Shown: piece after piece, positions 50,919 to 64,000 of the stretch
Position numbering within the stretch: the stretch's first letter is position 1
How the letters are laid out: every line of letters begins with the position of its first letter
NCBI GenBank assembly: GCA_051362555.1
Contig: CM120641.1
Location: 28,154,401-28,218,400, forward strand
Direction of reading: 5' to 3'
Source of the DNA: Lingula anatina
Taxonomy: Eukaryota > Animalia > Brachiopoda
DNA length: 64,000 nucleotides
Made by a program: the position numbers and the translations under genes
Notes under the pieces: model-generated
Database searches by the model: none
What the model saw: only the letters and a program-made list of their open reading frames with translations
What the model was told of the DNA's origin: nothing

Positions 50919-52299
50919 CAAAAATGTGCTGTTGGCGCCACTCTGACTTTGACTCTGTGATACTTAAATCTGACATTTACCAGGTTGCTCGAATTTTGGT
51001 AATTTTTGAACCTACACCTCTGAAAACTGACCATCAATTGTTTTGAATAATACAAGGGGGTGATAGGGCAAGTGGTAAAGAAGACAGTAAATTGCACTCC
51101 ATTTATTAAGAAGTATCCAGCTAGAACATATTGTAAACCTGGATTATCTGTTATCGGTAGTCATTTCAATGTTTTTCTGTTTGTGAATGCATTTTTCCAG
51201 TCTGCAAGTCAATATCAGATGATAATCTTGATAATGGGGTGACATATAATTATGTTTAAATCCTACAAATAAATGAAAAAGTTCAAAGATATTGCATCCA
51301 CTTTCGATATTTTTGTTTCAATTTATTTCGTCTCTTTTTAGGATACCAAACCTTTATTACACAAAATAATGACCCCATAGTGCCAAAGCTTTCAATAATA
51401 ATGATCAGTAAGTACAATGAAAATGCCTTTTACTGCATGAAAAATCATTTTGGAAAGTCCTAGAAGATGTCATTTCACTACTGTTAAATAAACTTTTCTG
51501 TTTGTCCTTTTTCAAATTCATAGATTGATTCAATACCATTATTGCATTAACATTTCCTCCCTTTCAAATATCCAGTAACCTACAGCACCTTTGGTTCTAT
51601 TTTCACTTTAATGAACTGTATCTGCACTTGTATTGTTTTGCAATCCCTAATTATCATAGCATTTCTTGATGGCAGTAGGACGTTAAAAATTCTGTTCAGC
51701 AGATGTGGTAACCATGTGATAGCGGATTTACAAAAAAAAATGACGGTGTACTCTATGTAAGTTTGACCCAAATGGTATACATTCACTTCACTTTCATTTG
51801 TTCATGTCAGAAATCATTTCCTATCAATTTACCCACCATTACGGTACTCCCAGTAATGGCACCAAAAGTTTGCAAATTTTAATACCATTGCGGTGGTCAT
51901 GTAAATATCCATATCCTGACAGTTGGTGTATTTCAGAGTAAGACATTCCACAAAAACCCAGAAAGGTCATTTTACACATACATTTTGTATATCCATCATC
52001 TTTGTGTTGTCTTTTTACTTAAGCAGGATCCAGTTCAGTAACACTGGGCAATGAATGTATCCAAAGTTTGGGATGAGCAAATTTGTATTAATTTTCTCTG
52101 CGTCTTTGAAAGTGATGCATCTTTATTCATGTCTGTGGCATCAACGAAAAAAAAGTTCAGTCTGAAAAATCTGTCACTTAGTCAAAATTCAACTTTCAAA
52201 TTAAGAAACATATCCAGTATTAAGGAACTTTCAGAAATCCATCCTCTCCAATCTCAAATTTTCATTGCAGTCAGAGGTGGAGATTTCCTATTGCTGTAA

Positions 52300-53426
52300 T
52301 CACACAAACTCTGTGAAGTCTTCATTCACAGAATCTGCTCTCTTGTTTTGATTTGATGTACTCTGCAACTGCAATATCTTGCTCTTGATTCTTTTGATCT
52401 GCCTCAGCCTCTCCAGCCAGTTGGATGCATATGGATCCGAGGGATTGGTGTTCTGCCTCATCAAGATCAGTGATGCAAGCTGCAATGCAAAACGATGTCC
52501 CATAACCTTAAAATAACATGATGGAATTGTGTCCTAGCTGATAATACCACTGTATTTCATTTGAAAGCTATTTTGAAGAATAAACATCTCTCTCCTTCAG
52601 AAACACAAAACAAGTTGTAGAATCATCTTCTCCCTAACACCCCCCTCTCTAAAAGAAATGGACAGTTTTCCTTAAAAAATAAAAGCAGTTTTCTCCTACT
52701 CTATGTTCTATCTGTTCCTAAACTTGGCTGTGGTGTTTCGTTTCTTTGCATGATAGGTTAACATAGAAAATATGACTATGAGGCATTTTCAAATGTGGAT
52801 AGTATACCTTTCATAAAAAGATTGATAAGATTATGAGCCAATGTAGAAATAAAATAGAAAGATTTATTTATACAGCAAAATACTTAAAGTTTAATCCCTG
52901 AAAAATTACACAGCCTAGGATACTTACATTTGCATGCAGTGCCATCTGACGAACAAATACTGACAGGTGATTATCTGATATGATTTTGGTGTCCTGATGT
53001 CCAATAATTGGTGCAATATCTGAAAGGAGGACAAGATTCATTAATATAAAGATTTTGCATATCCTATTGACAAATTGTCAATTTTTGGACCATTTTAAAG
53101 TAAATAAAAAAGTAAATCTTTTCTAAAGACACTGAACATGATTTCTACCTATGAGGCATGACATTACAACCCTTCATTGCACAAAAAAACAAATGTTTCA
53201 CTATTTTTAAGTTATCTTTTGAAACTTTCTGTTTTCAATTTAGACAGAATATAGCCTCATAGTTATGCAGAAATATTCTAGTCAAATGATATACAAATCT
53301 TGTATTATTGGAAAAACATACCCTCCTTTGCTCTGACAGTGACTGCATTACTCTCATGATCCAGTGGTTGAATCACTATGTTCACAAAGTTAAATTGGCA
53401 CTAAAAGAAATAACAAATCTACAAAT

Positions 53427-53465
<39 letters not shown>

Positions 53466-56400
53466 TCAGTATTATTTTAAAATGTTAAAAGGCAAAAAGC
53501 CTTAAAGATAAAATAGTGCTAATAAAATTTATTCTTTAAATCCAAATTCTGCATGAAAATACATGGAACCTGAAAATTTTTATAATATAAGAGTGGGATG
53601 CCCTTACATAGAAGAGATTTCTAATTTAGCTCCTGTTATCCACAAAGCACATATTTCAACATTTACCTTAATTGTCCCAGTCTGGTAATCTTCCCCACTC
53701 TCATTGTACACTATGGTAACATAATCATTGCCAATGTGGAGCTTTTTAGCATTGCAGTTTGGGTCAGATTCTTTGTTTGGCATCAGGGTAGCAACATGAA
53801 ATATCACTGAAAAACAGGTTAGAATCATTTTGACTAAAAAAATTGTAATGAACAGGTTAACAACTGTTGTTTAGAAGATGTGAAATAGCTTTAACAATAT
53901 CAAGAGGCTTCATCCATTGTAGGTTTCTCCTCCAGAACCAAAAGCATATATATATAAGTAATAGCATGATATGTAATTAGAAACAATATTATTTATGAGT
54001 ATTCCCCATATTGTCCTTCTTGGACAGTGGACATTGCTTTTCTGTCTTTGGGAAAGGATGGCGATTTATTTAGTTTAATTCTGTTCATGCAGTGTTGAGG
54101 CACTCTTCATTTATTTTGTCTAACACACCTCACAACTAAAACAATAAATTCTGAGTATGAAGAAAGGAATTTAGGGATGCTCTCTTTAAACTTTTAAATA
54201 TGCACTGACTAATACCTTGCATTTGATCGCCATGCCAAGAATAAGCAAAATGTCCATCATTGCCATTTAAGTCCAGTCCTCCCACATACACGTGGTCAGG
54301 ATTGCAGTCGGACAACCTGAGCAGAGAGCCCAAGCCTCGCAGGAACTCCGCATACCTGGAGGAACCATAGACATTGCGCAGTATGGAGCCTTCATCACCC
54401 ACCTGAATAGCAATTTACAGCATAAGATCGTTTATCGAATTTTTGAGAAATATTGCAAAGCTGAGTAAAATAATCAAAAAGTCTAGCAATCAGAACACAA
54501 AAAAGCCTCTTTTACATATATGACAGTTAAAACCCTACAGTTTTTACACATGAAATAGAACAACTTATGAGGGCAAATTTTCTGACAACAAAGCAAAATA
54601 CTTATCCAACATCTAAGACCACCCACCTGTCCAGGTCCGACATACAACACTGCCAGCTTGTGTGTCTCTTGGGGAGCAATGCGGTCCAGATTCTTCATAG
54701 CTCTTTCTATCACCTACATTAACCAAATTTCATGCATATAGGTTGGGTTGATTCTGGGCCATCCCTTAAGGTTAATCTTTTTTTATCCCTCAAATTTCAA
54801 TATTGTTTAAAATAACTTTTGACTCCAAACCATTCAAAATCCTTAATAGTGATAAACAAACAAAAGAGGATTAAATAAATAGATATTCTTTAGTCAGCCT
54901 AGATTTCAAGTAACGCTAAGGAAAAGAATTGGCAAAAGCTATCCATACATCACCTCATTCTGTGGCAGCACCAAAGGTTTCTCTTCTTTACTCGCTCCAA
55001 AGAATGCACTGTGGTACAATTGCAGGAACACAAAGCTTGGGTTGATACCATTCTTCACTGCCTCCCTCCCAATGCCCCGCCCAGAGTCTCGTCCACTCTC
55101 CAGATTGTCCATAACAGACAGTGTGTGACCCCGCGGCCGCCGGGAAATGACTGGTAAGGCATGTATTTCGTCATTAAAGGAGCTCAAGGTGGTGGAGTCC
55201 AAAGAAACTTGGGTGTTTAATGCCGAGTGCAGAGTGTGGACGCCATGCTCAGCAGCTGAGAAAGCAGGGGCTGGTGGTTTACCATGTTTGTCCTCACTGT
55301 GGAGAATCTCAGAAATGTTGCTTTCACTGTGCATTTTAACTGGATCTGATGGTGGGCTTAGAGTCTGAAACATATAGGATGATAAGATTCAAAATCATTC
55401 ATTATGTCTTTTTTATGATAAAAGGTTTATTATGCAATGAGAAGCATGTTCATAGCTATCCATATAATGGACTACCCTGTATTTTTCAATCCCTTCTTCA
55501 AACTCCACAATAAATTTAGCCTATTTCTCCAAAACTGTGCCAAGTAATTCAAGAAAGCCACAGAAGACTATTGAGGTCTAAATTAGAAAGTGAAAAAAAA
55601 CCCTAAAGGACAAAGTTAGCCACCTGTTGTGCCTGTAACTGGCCAGTATTTAGAAACTCTGGAGTGGCCTGGGTAGGTAAGGAGCCCAAGTTTGGGGAAG
55701 AACTGGTCCTCCTCACTGTGACTCTCTTCACAGGACCTCCACCAGAAACTGGCCCATCCTTGTCTGAAGATCCCCATGATACATCTGGTGATATCACCTC
55801 CGCTGCTGTGTAATTAGAAATAAAATATGTCCGACATTGCTATATTTTTCACTGCACCATATGTATGTGACAACTGCATATATTGTCATTGTAACAAAGT
55901 TTTTTAGAATGACTCTTAGTGATACTTATAACATCAGTCACTGTATCCCACTATCACTACTACTACATGTGTACTACTTACTAAGTTACTATTGCAAATA
56001 ATTATTAAAGGGATAATAACTCTTCGTTTTGGCCAAAAAATGAATTTTCCTGGAGTAAACAACAATTTTCCCATACTTACCAATGGTTAATGAATCCATT
56101 TTTACATTCAAAGTTAGTCCCTGGTTTTTTTCTAAAAAGTTTGGTTTTTTGTTAAAATCTCTTAAGAGATTTTAACAGAGTACAGCCATCAATGGAGGTC
56201 ACGTGGTCTGAAGACAATCTCAGATATCAGAATAATAGCTATAACTGCCGTTTTTCTTGTACAACAGAATATATTATATTTCTATGAGTTGGTCACAATG
56301 TTTTTATTGTGAAATATAGATCTCATACAAAGAGTTATTATCCCTTTAATAATAAAAAGAAATAAATTATAATCAGAACACTTACATGTACCTGCTTCTT

Positions 56401-59111
56401 CTCTTTTCATTACACTTGTGTCCCTGCTGTCCTGTTTGGTGATGTCCGTTTCTCTCAACCCTGCTATCTCCAGTGTAACACCACACATGCCTTCCACATC
56501 TAAAAACAACAGACAAAAACAACAATCCTTAAACTGAAAACTTTCAAAGCAAAATGTTATACTTGTCTCGAAATGTTCTTCTTCAGTCTCTAACAAGTTC
56601 ATAACCCACTCCTCTTTATCACAGATCTGTGCACATAATCATTAAACTTTTTTTAACTGGTGCAGGTTTAAATGTACAGACAAGACCTTAAGTAATAAAA
56701 GATAACCAATAAGAAAACCCACTTTATTTTGAAATCAAATTTGTCCCCTTTGCCTCAAAAGCACAAAAGCAGTTGATGAAAAGGTTCAAGTAAAAGGACT
56801 ATCCTCAAAGTATCAAAAAATCACACACAACATTGTTTATTTTTCTACGTAAATTTATATAACATGTTTTTAAAAACACAAAGAACACCAAATAACACTT
56901 ACCAAGGACCAGCTCAGGTTGAGCAGTGTCAGCTACTGAACCATCTGTCGTTATTGGTGGTTTCTCATCAAAGCTTGGAAAATGCTGCTCATACAAACTC
57001 TCATATTCATTTTCACCCAGGCTCTCACTGTCTATTCTCCCAATGCTGTCGGCATCAAATGCCTTCTCTGCATTGTACATGAAAAGTGTGCCTATGTCTG
57101 CAAGAGGGAAATCTTGGCCAGATGACGTGAAAAGTAAAGATTCGTTTTCCAGACGCATTATCCACGAGATGTTACCACTGGGTCTGCGAATGTAAACCTC
57201 AGCCCAGCCCTGACACCAGCAGCTACACACATGGGGACTGACCGAAGATTTATGCTTTAAACCTGGACAGATAGAAAAAAAAAAGAAACATCTGTGTCTG
57301 TACTGTACATAAAAAAAGAAATGAACTTTAAATCATTATAGGAAGTTTGTTTAAATCCCTACTATTGCACTATACCTAGAATCTAACACTGAGATTTTAT
57401 TTATCAAATTGGTTTTTGTGTGATAACTTGTCAACTTTTAATTAGTTTAATAAGGAAGTATGTCCTGTAGCACTGGTAGTTCAACCTTTGTAAAAATTGG
57501 AGCAATTTGTCATACTGATTCCTTCTGCATTTTCTATCTAGACAAACACAAAGGTTTGGTTTTGCAATATTTCTAATTTACCTTGCACCAAACTATCCAT
57601 AGTCTGGGTCCCCTCTGTCCCTAAAGACTTCCCTATACTTGTATCACTTTCCAGTCTCTCCTCCTTGCCAGCACCAGCGCCACCTGTCTCCCTTTCCTCT
57701 GGAGACGACCCATGCTTGTGAAGCTGAATGTCATCCACGCTCTGTTGTCGTAGGGCTTCTCGTGGACGTGGGCTGACGTAAGCAGATTTATGCCGTCTCC
57801 TCATTGATGAAGCGCCATCTGTCTTCACTTTCTCTTCACTGGCACTCAAGGAGAAGGGGTCCTCATGGGTGTCATTTTTGTTGCCCATGCCAGTTTTACA
57901 AAGAGCTGTGCACTTATCACAAAGACCACTCTTGCCCAGCTTATTGCCTCCCCCGCTGGTAGTTATGGTGATTATTCTGTTTCCTAGCAACCAGCTCTGA
58001 CTCTGGCCTCCAGCTAGCAGGAATTCTGACACTGAAGTCCTAAGGATAGGAGGGAAATATTTACTTAAGAGATATCATCATGTTTCATGATATTTTCTTT
58101 AATTTACTCTGAATGCAAATGCTATAACTGCAACATGTAAAGAAACCTTTGTAATGGGAATCAAATTTTTATATTTTTCCTCCAATTCCGTAACAACAGA
58201 CAAGACATACATCGAAAATGCCAATGTAAAAAAGAAAAAAAGAAAAAAATGCATAACATTAAGAAATATTTTCCAATCAAGTTGTTTTTCCATTCTGAGC
58301 TGTATTTAAGTCCTAAGAATCAAGCTTGTTAGTTAGATAATAAGTAAACATGTTTAATAATTAATTATAGTGTTTATGGTGGCAGTGCAGAAAATAGGGT
58401 TTTGTCAATTTTGATGCAATATTACATAATGATTACAACAAAATCACCACGAATTTTTATTTACAGATGTTTAGTCACACAGTTTTCCATGAAATGCATT
58501 AATGGTGAAAAGTACGGACACACTGAGGAAAAAAAGAATGTGCGATGTGAGCCATGTGAAAACAATAAAACGTCAATACCTCTGAGAATTTTGTAACAAG
58601 ATTATTCAAATTGATGATAAATGCTTCCTTATAACCTGCTTTTGAACACCTGTCTAAATATTCAGGAAAACAGTCTGACAGCTTGTTAGCAGCCAGGTTA
58701 AATAGGGTAAAGGGAAATAGGAAATGAGCAAAAGTGCAATATACTTGTTGAGATGATATCAGAAAATGGCTAAGTCACAGTTTTCCATGAAATGCATTAA
58801 CGGTGAAAAATACAGACACACTGAAGAAAAAAAAAACATGCAACGTGAACCATGTAAATAAAAAAGCCAACACTTTTTCTTAGAATTTTGTAACGAATTA
58901 TTCAAATTGATAACCAATGCTTCCTAGTAACCTGCTATTCAGGAAAAAAGTAAGACAGCTTGTTAGCAGCAAGGGCAAACAGGGTAAAGGGAAATAGGAA
59001 CTGAGAAAAAGTGCAATATACTTGTTGAGATTATATCAGAATGAAAAATAATCTGATTGGGTTGGTTTTCATACTCTGTGTTTTAGTCTTTAGAATCATT
59101 CTTGTAATACG

Positions 59112-59151
<40 letters not shown>

Positions 59152-62100
59152 ATAACTGCCACCGATTCTAATTATATTTAACATGGGTAACATGGATATT
59201 CAGAAATGTAAACAGCAAAGGACTTCAGGTCTTATGGATTTCAAAGTTTCACATTAGAAAAGTCAATATGAAAATAATGAACATTTCACTAAAAACTGCA
59301 AAACTTGAAGAAAAAAATTTAATCAGGCTGATTTTTCCAACTAAAGCTGTATTTCAATCTTTAAAATCATTTTTGAACGTTTGAAGATAGTAAGTAATGT
59401 GGTTTTCTTTTCAAACAAGAATAAGTGGTAGTGCAAAAAAAAAAAAAAGAGTTTACCAAAATATTAATTAACCATCAATGTTTAACAATATGCTATATGT
59501 TACATAGACATTCACAAAATGTGACTGGGATAGGGCTTCAGGCCCATGGGATCTCAAAGCCAAATTTGAAAATGTCCAAATTTGAAAAATGAACATTTCA
59601 CAAAAATTTGCATAACTTGAACGTACGAGGTCGGTAAGTAACACAGCTTTCCTTTCATACTGCTTAATGTGCCAGTTCACAAAGAAGGGTTTAAATGCAA
59701 AATATCATACTGCTTAACAGACTAATCACCACTTTTATTATACTTACATACTACAAGCAATATGAATATTCTGACACACTGCGTCTGAACGTAAAATTTC
59801 TATTGTTCTAATCTCAGAACTCTTTTTCATATTGAAAAGACATAAAATTATTTTGTAGACAACGTTAATACTAATTAACACTGTGTCATAAATTAAAGAG
59901 CAAAATGCATGTGTGTACCTGTTTGAAAGGACAGTTTATCATAAAACAAACATGGAGGGGTCCTTTACCTTTTAGGCATAGATGTCACAGTGGCAAAGGT
60001 GTACCTGGCCAAGACATCAATACACGTCTCAATCAACTCCTGGTGAAAGGCGGACAAACTTTCATCTACACCTGGTTTGGAGTCTGTGAAGGATGCTGGG
60101 GCCTCACGACTTTTAACTTCTTTTAATTTCTCTTCCTCCCCTTTAGATCTCCTTCTGAATATAGCAAAAATATTCAAAATACAAATCAGCTCTGTCCATT
60201 CATGAAAATGTAGTGTCTGTATATAAACTATGAATGATCACTTATCTTATCATGCACTAATACAAAAAGTAGTAAATTCTTACTTGAAGAAATGAATAAC
60301 ATGGTGAAAAAGACCTCTAAAATACTCTTCATTCATTCATTCATTCTCTTATTTTATTTCTTCAATAAGCATGCTAATTCAAACTGAACAATTTTTAGTC
60401 ATTTCAATCCTCTCTCACTTTCTCATGGCAGTCCCGATGGTGTTGGATCTCTGCCTAAAGCTCGGCTCTTCTGCCACAGACTGCATCTTCTGCACCGTGC
60501 TGTCCCTCAGCTGTCTCAGCACATTGGCATGGAGGCCCTGGGAGACAAGGAATGGGCACATGATCGCACTCTTAAGTTGTACTTATTTCAAGAAATTAAA
60601 ATGCACATCTGTTACGGCTCAACCCTGTTATGAATATATTATGCCTTAGAAAAAATGGCAAATTAAATTTGCTTTTGTTTCTCTACCCCATCTTTTTATG
60701 CTCATCTGTTTTCCACAATTATAAAAGAATCTACCTTTATCATGTGTCGTCTGAGGAGAGAATTAGAAAGATGCCTATAGTCACATTGCACATAATAACT
60801 GTATTTTCTCTTGTTTAAACCACTATAAAATCATTTATCTAGGTACTATCTTTTTGACCCTACGAAATTTTAATCCATGTATTTTTTGATGATATCTAAT
60901 GATGTATGTATCCTTTTTTTTTTTTTTTGAGGGGGGGGGGGGGCATTATCTTTGAAAGCAGAGCAGTCTTACCCTATTAATGAAGCTGACCATGTCTTTT
61001 CTGAATGTCAGGCGACATTTGAGGAACCACTTGACAATAACCCTGTAGGCCAGGGAGACAGCATAGTGACTGAATCTGAACAGAAAATCACAAGTAACAA
61101 TTTAAAAAGTTACCTGCTTCTTTTTAACTCTCTGTAACATAGAAGAACCATTTTCAACATTATTTATTCTCATTCATGTCAGTGTAAATTTCTTGTCAGT
61201 GTAAATCTATTTTAAGTTTAACATATCCTTTTGTGTTTCGAATTTAATCTGTGAAAAAGGATAAAATATAAAACTCATATTAACTTCACTACAGACATAT
61301 GCACAAAAAAATATTAATTAAAGAATCTGAATCTTAAAGGTGGGCTGCCCCTCATGTACGCACTTAAAAGGATTGGTGTACGGCAAGGCTATGGCAAAGA
61401 CACTGCGGTAATGATCCTCCACAAAATTACTGTACAACTTTGGAATGTTGATCAAATCTGAAACAAATAACAAATAATGTTATTAATCATAATATTGCAA
61501 ATAATGACCGATTTTGTAAACAAAAATTGTATCTGTCAGTTTACATACATTGTAAAATGAAGTAAGTATTTTAAGACAGATGAGCACTTGTATTTTATAA
61601 ATTTTCATCACTGTGATCAGGCCTCACTTGTAAATCCCAAAATCTGTCAATCAAGTATTAAGTAATAACAATATAAAAATCTAAATACTGCATCCCTGAC
61701 ATAAAACATGAGCAGACACTATCCACAATAATTCCGCTTCAAGAGAAAAATTCACAAATCAACTGAACATTACAGAGATTTCACAAAAAGACACAACAAA
61801 AAGAAATTTATAATCTCTTACTTGACAGAAACTCCAACATAGGCGCTGCCATGGCAACCGTTGCCGAGATCTGCGAAAATTTCACCAACACAGAGGGCAT
61901 CTCCCTCATCATCACCTCCTGCATCTCCATGGTACAGAGGATCAGAGCAGACACACAGATCTTGGCACACTTTGGAGACACCAGACCAAACTCTAGGCAA
62001 TGGATGAGGTCCCACTAAAATTGATAACCATTGGTAACACTTTGATTCCCTATCTGCAGACTGTGATGTAAGTTACTGGGGTGATCAATTAAAAATATGA

Positions 62101-64000
62101 GTTTGGACTATAGTTTTTATAAAAGTGTATTTTTTCAAAGATGCTGGTCCAATCAGACCAGTGGAATATTCTTAATTATTGTAGATAAATTTTCAATTTG
62201 AAGTTTTCATCTTCAAACTAGTAAAATAATTTGATTTGGTCCAGTAAAGTTCTCTGAGGTCTTCTTGTCAGAGTGACCAGTGAACTGATTTAAATATGGT
62301 GCATGTATTACGTCTTAGATAGATTGAGGCAGTTGACTGTAGCAAATAGTACCGATTTATGAAGAGTACTGATAACTGATGTCTTTCTCAATGCTTTCTC
62401 AACCCTCGTGTTTTTAACTGATGAAATGGCACATGTAACTGACTTATCTACAGGAAATTAACAAAAGAAAAACAACTGTGTGCATTTGTCCAAATTTGCA
62501 AATTGTAAACTAAAACAAACATATTCTCCCACAAGAAATAAATTCTGAACAACAGTGTCTTCATACTTAATGTAATACAGAGCTTGTTCTAGTACATACA
62601 TGTATACACGAATGCCTTTGTGATTGTGCATGTATGTCCCTACAAGCAGTAGTATAGATATTGCACAAGATGCTTACCTGTCTCTGTTTATCCAGCACAC
62701 AATGGTAGGTGACCAAGCTTGCCAGAACTGGGAAGATATAGGAGTGGAACTCTGATTTGGAGAACTTTTGCGGAGTCTCTCGCAGCTTCTCTGGCAAGCC
62801 AAGGTTACGATCGCTCACCATAGCACACAGTTTCCGGCTCATGCTTTCAACATATTCACTTGCAGCAAGCACTAGGGTTTTGTTTTGAAGGAGCAGGCAG
62901 AGACCTTCAAGGACTACCCTCAGGACCCTCCAATCTTTTTCCTATCATATTAAAATGGTAAAAAAGTCAACTGTGTCTAAAGAGACTTTTTACCACCTAC
63001 GAGGTATGAAGTTTCAATCCTTCGTCAAAAACAATCACAGGTTTAATCTCTTTGAAGAAGATTGACTTTTTTACATGTCTACTCAAGAAGGTGATGCAAA
63101 TCCTATTTCACCAAAACAAAATGGTCAACTTTGCTGACATATGACTATCTTGACATAAGTGTCACTCTCTCACAGTCAGGTAAAAAGCACAAATCTGGAA
63201 AAATTGTTTTCAATCCACACACCAGATTGCACATGAAAAAAATAAAACATTCAGAAATACTTACAAACTCCAGGCAACAGTTGAACATTGAGAAGGCCTG
63301 TGTATACTGCAGCACTGTGGAATTAAAGGGGGCAATAACAGGGGAAGGTGCCGCACTGCTGGCAGGACTCACTCTACTGTTTCTGCGTTCAGACACATCT
63401 CTACAGAGATATAGGAAAACCAACCTCAATAATCTTTAATTTTTATACCTCAGAACATCTGGCAATCATTTTATACTGCACATTGGCATTCAAACTCTAC
63501 TGAGATAAAATGAAAGACATTTTATTTCATAGCTCAGGTTTATGAAAACAATATGCCTTGATAAATGGTCAACAAAATTTGCTTTTGTTTTTCTACCTCA
63601 TCTTTTTATGCTCGTCAGAGTAGCTTTACCATCTGTAATCTGAGGAGAGAATTAGAAAAGATACCTGTAGTCACACTGCATAAAATAACTGTATTTTCTC
63701 TTGTTTTGTGTAAATGGCTCTATCAATCCAAGGCGATGGAGGGCATCAGCTCTAAGGCTAAGGAAGCACTGAAAAATCTGAAATTCAAGGCATAAATCTA
63801 AGTAACATTATAATGCACTATGCACCTAGTGTCAATAATTTGAATAAACCCTTCAGTACTGTAACTTTTAACAAATAATGTATGCCAGAACCTATATTAC
63901 AAAATTTAGATGTTGTATATAATTTCTGAAAAATGTAACATCCGTACCATGAGTCTTATTGCAGTGGAGGACTCGGTGTTGAAGTTTTGGCTGTAGTGGT
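52300..64000 (-). CDS. TSC2: Tuberin (3' portion; gene continues beyond the window), multi-exon
   Basis: Tuberin-domain exons ([33 protein letters not shown]), [45 protein letters not shown], Rap-GAP motifs ([41 protein letters not shown]) and C-terminal [20 protein letters not shown]. Confidence 0.96.
53428..53466. repeat. (TAA)n microsatellite
   Basis: Seen directly. Confidence 0.9.
58474..59041. repeat. Tandem duplication of ~270-300 bp in a TSC2 intron
   Basis: GTCAC(AC)AGTTTTCCATGAAATGCATTAA...CTTGTTGAGAT(G/T)ATATCAGAA occurs at ~58474-58764 and ~58774-59041. Confidence 0.85.
59116..59150. repeat. (GT)n microsatellite
   Basis: Seen directly. Confidence 0.9.

Noticed and set aside
50208-51097. 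Long antisense or alternate-frame ORFs over the CWC22 last exon (also 43354-43884, 39936-40439, 16733-17173)
   Set aside because: Shadows of low-complexity or true coding exons.
60905-60920. GTATCCTT U12-type donor motif
   Set aside because: On the strand opposite to TSC2 and not at an exon boundary.

Overview
AT-rich, intron-rich animal DNA, probably from a marine invertebrate (inferred from gene set, short introns and repeat types). Recognisable genes: an intronless class A GPCR (-), then NPHP3 (+), CDC6 (-), CWC22 (+) and the 3' part of TSC2 (-, runs off the right end). CDC6 and CWC22 are head-to-head across a promoter with E2F, CCAAT and CRE motifs. The unexplained part is ~3.4-16.4 kb. 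It holds a ~4.9 kb tandem array whose ~271-275 bp unit looks like a complete 180-nt exon plus an intron, and an unannotated spliced minus-strand ORF that decays downstream. The two transcription units converge and are bounded by a 13-bp inverted repeat, so this may be one large decayed two-gene DNA transposon. There are also CAG-ended MITEs with 5-bp and 6-bp target-site duplications (TSDs), and two Helentron-like elements carrying ~146-bp satellite arrays in NPHP3 introns. All coordinates were read by eye and no database searches were run.
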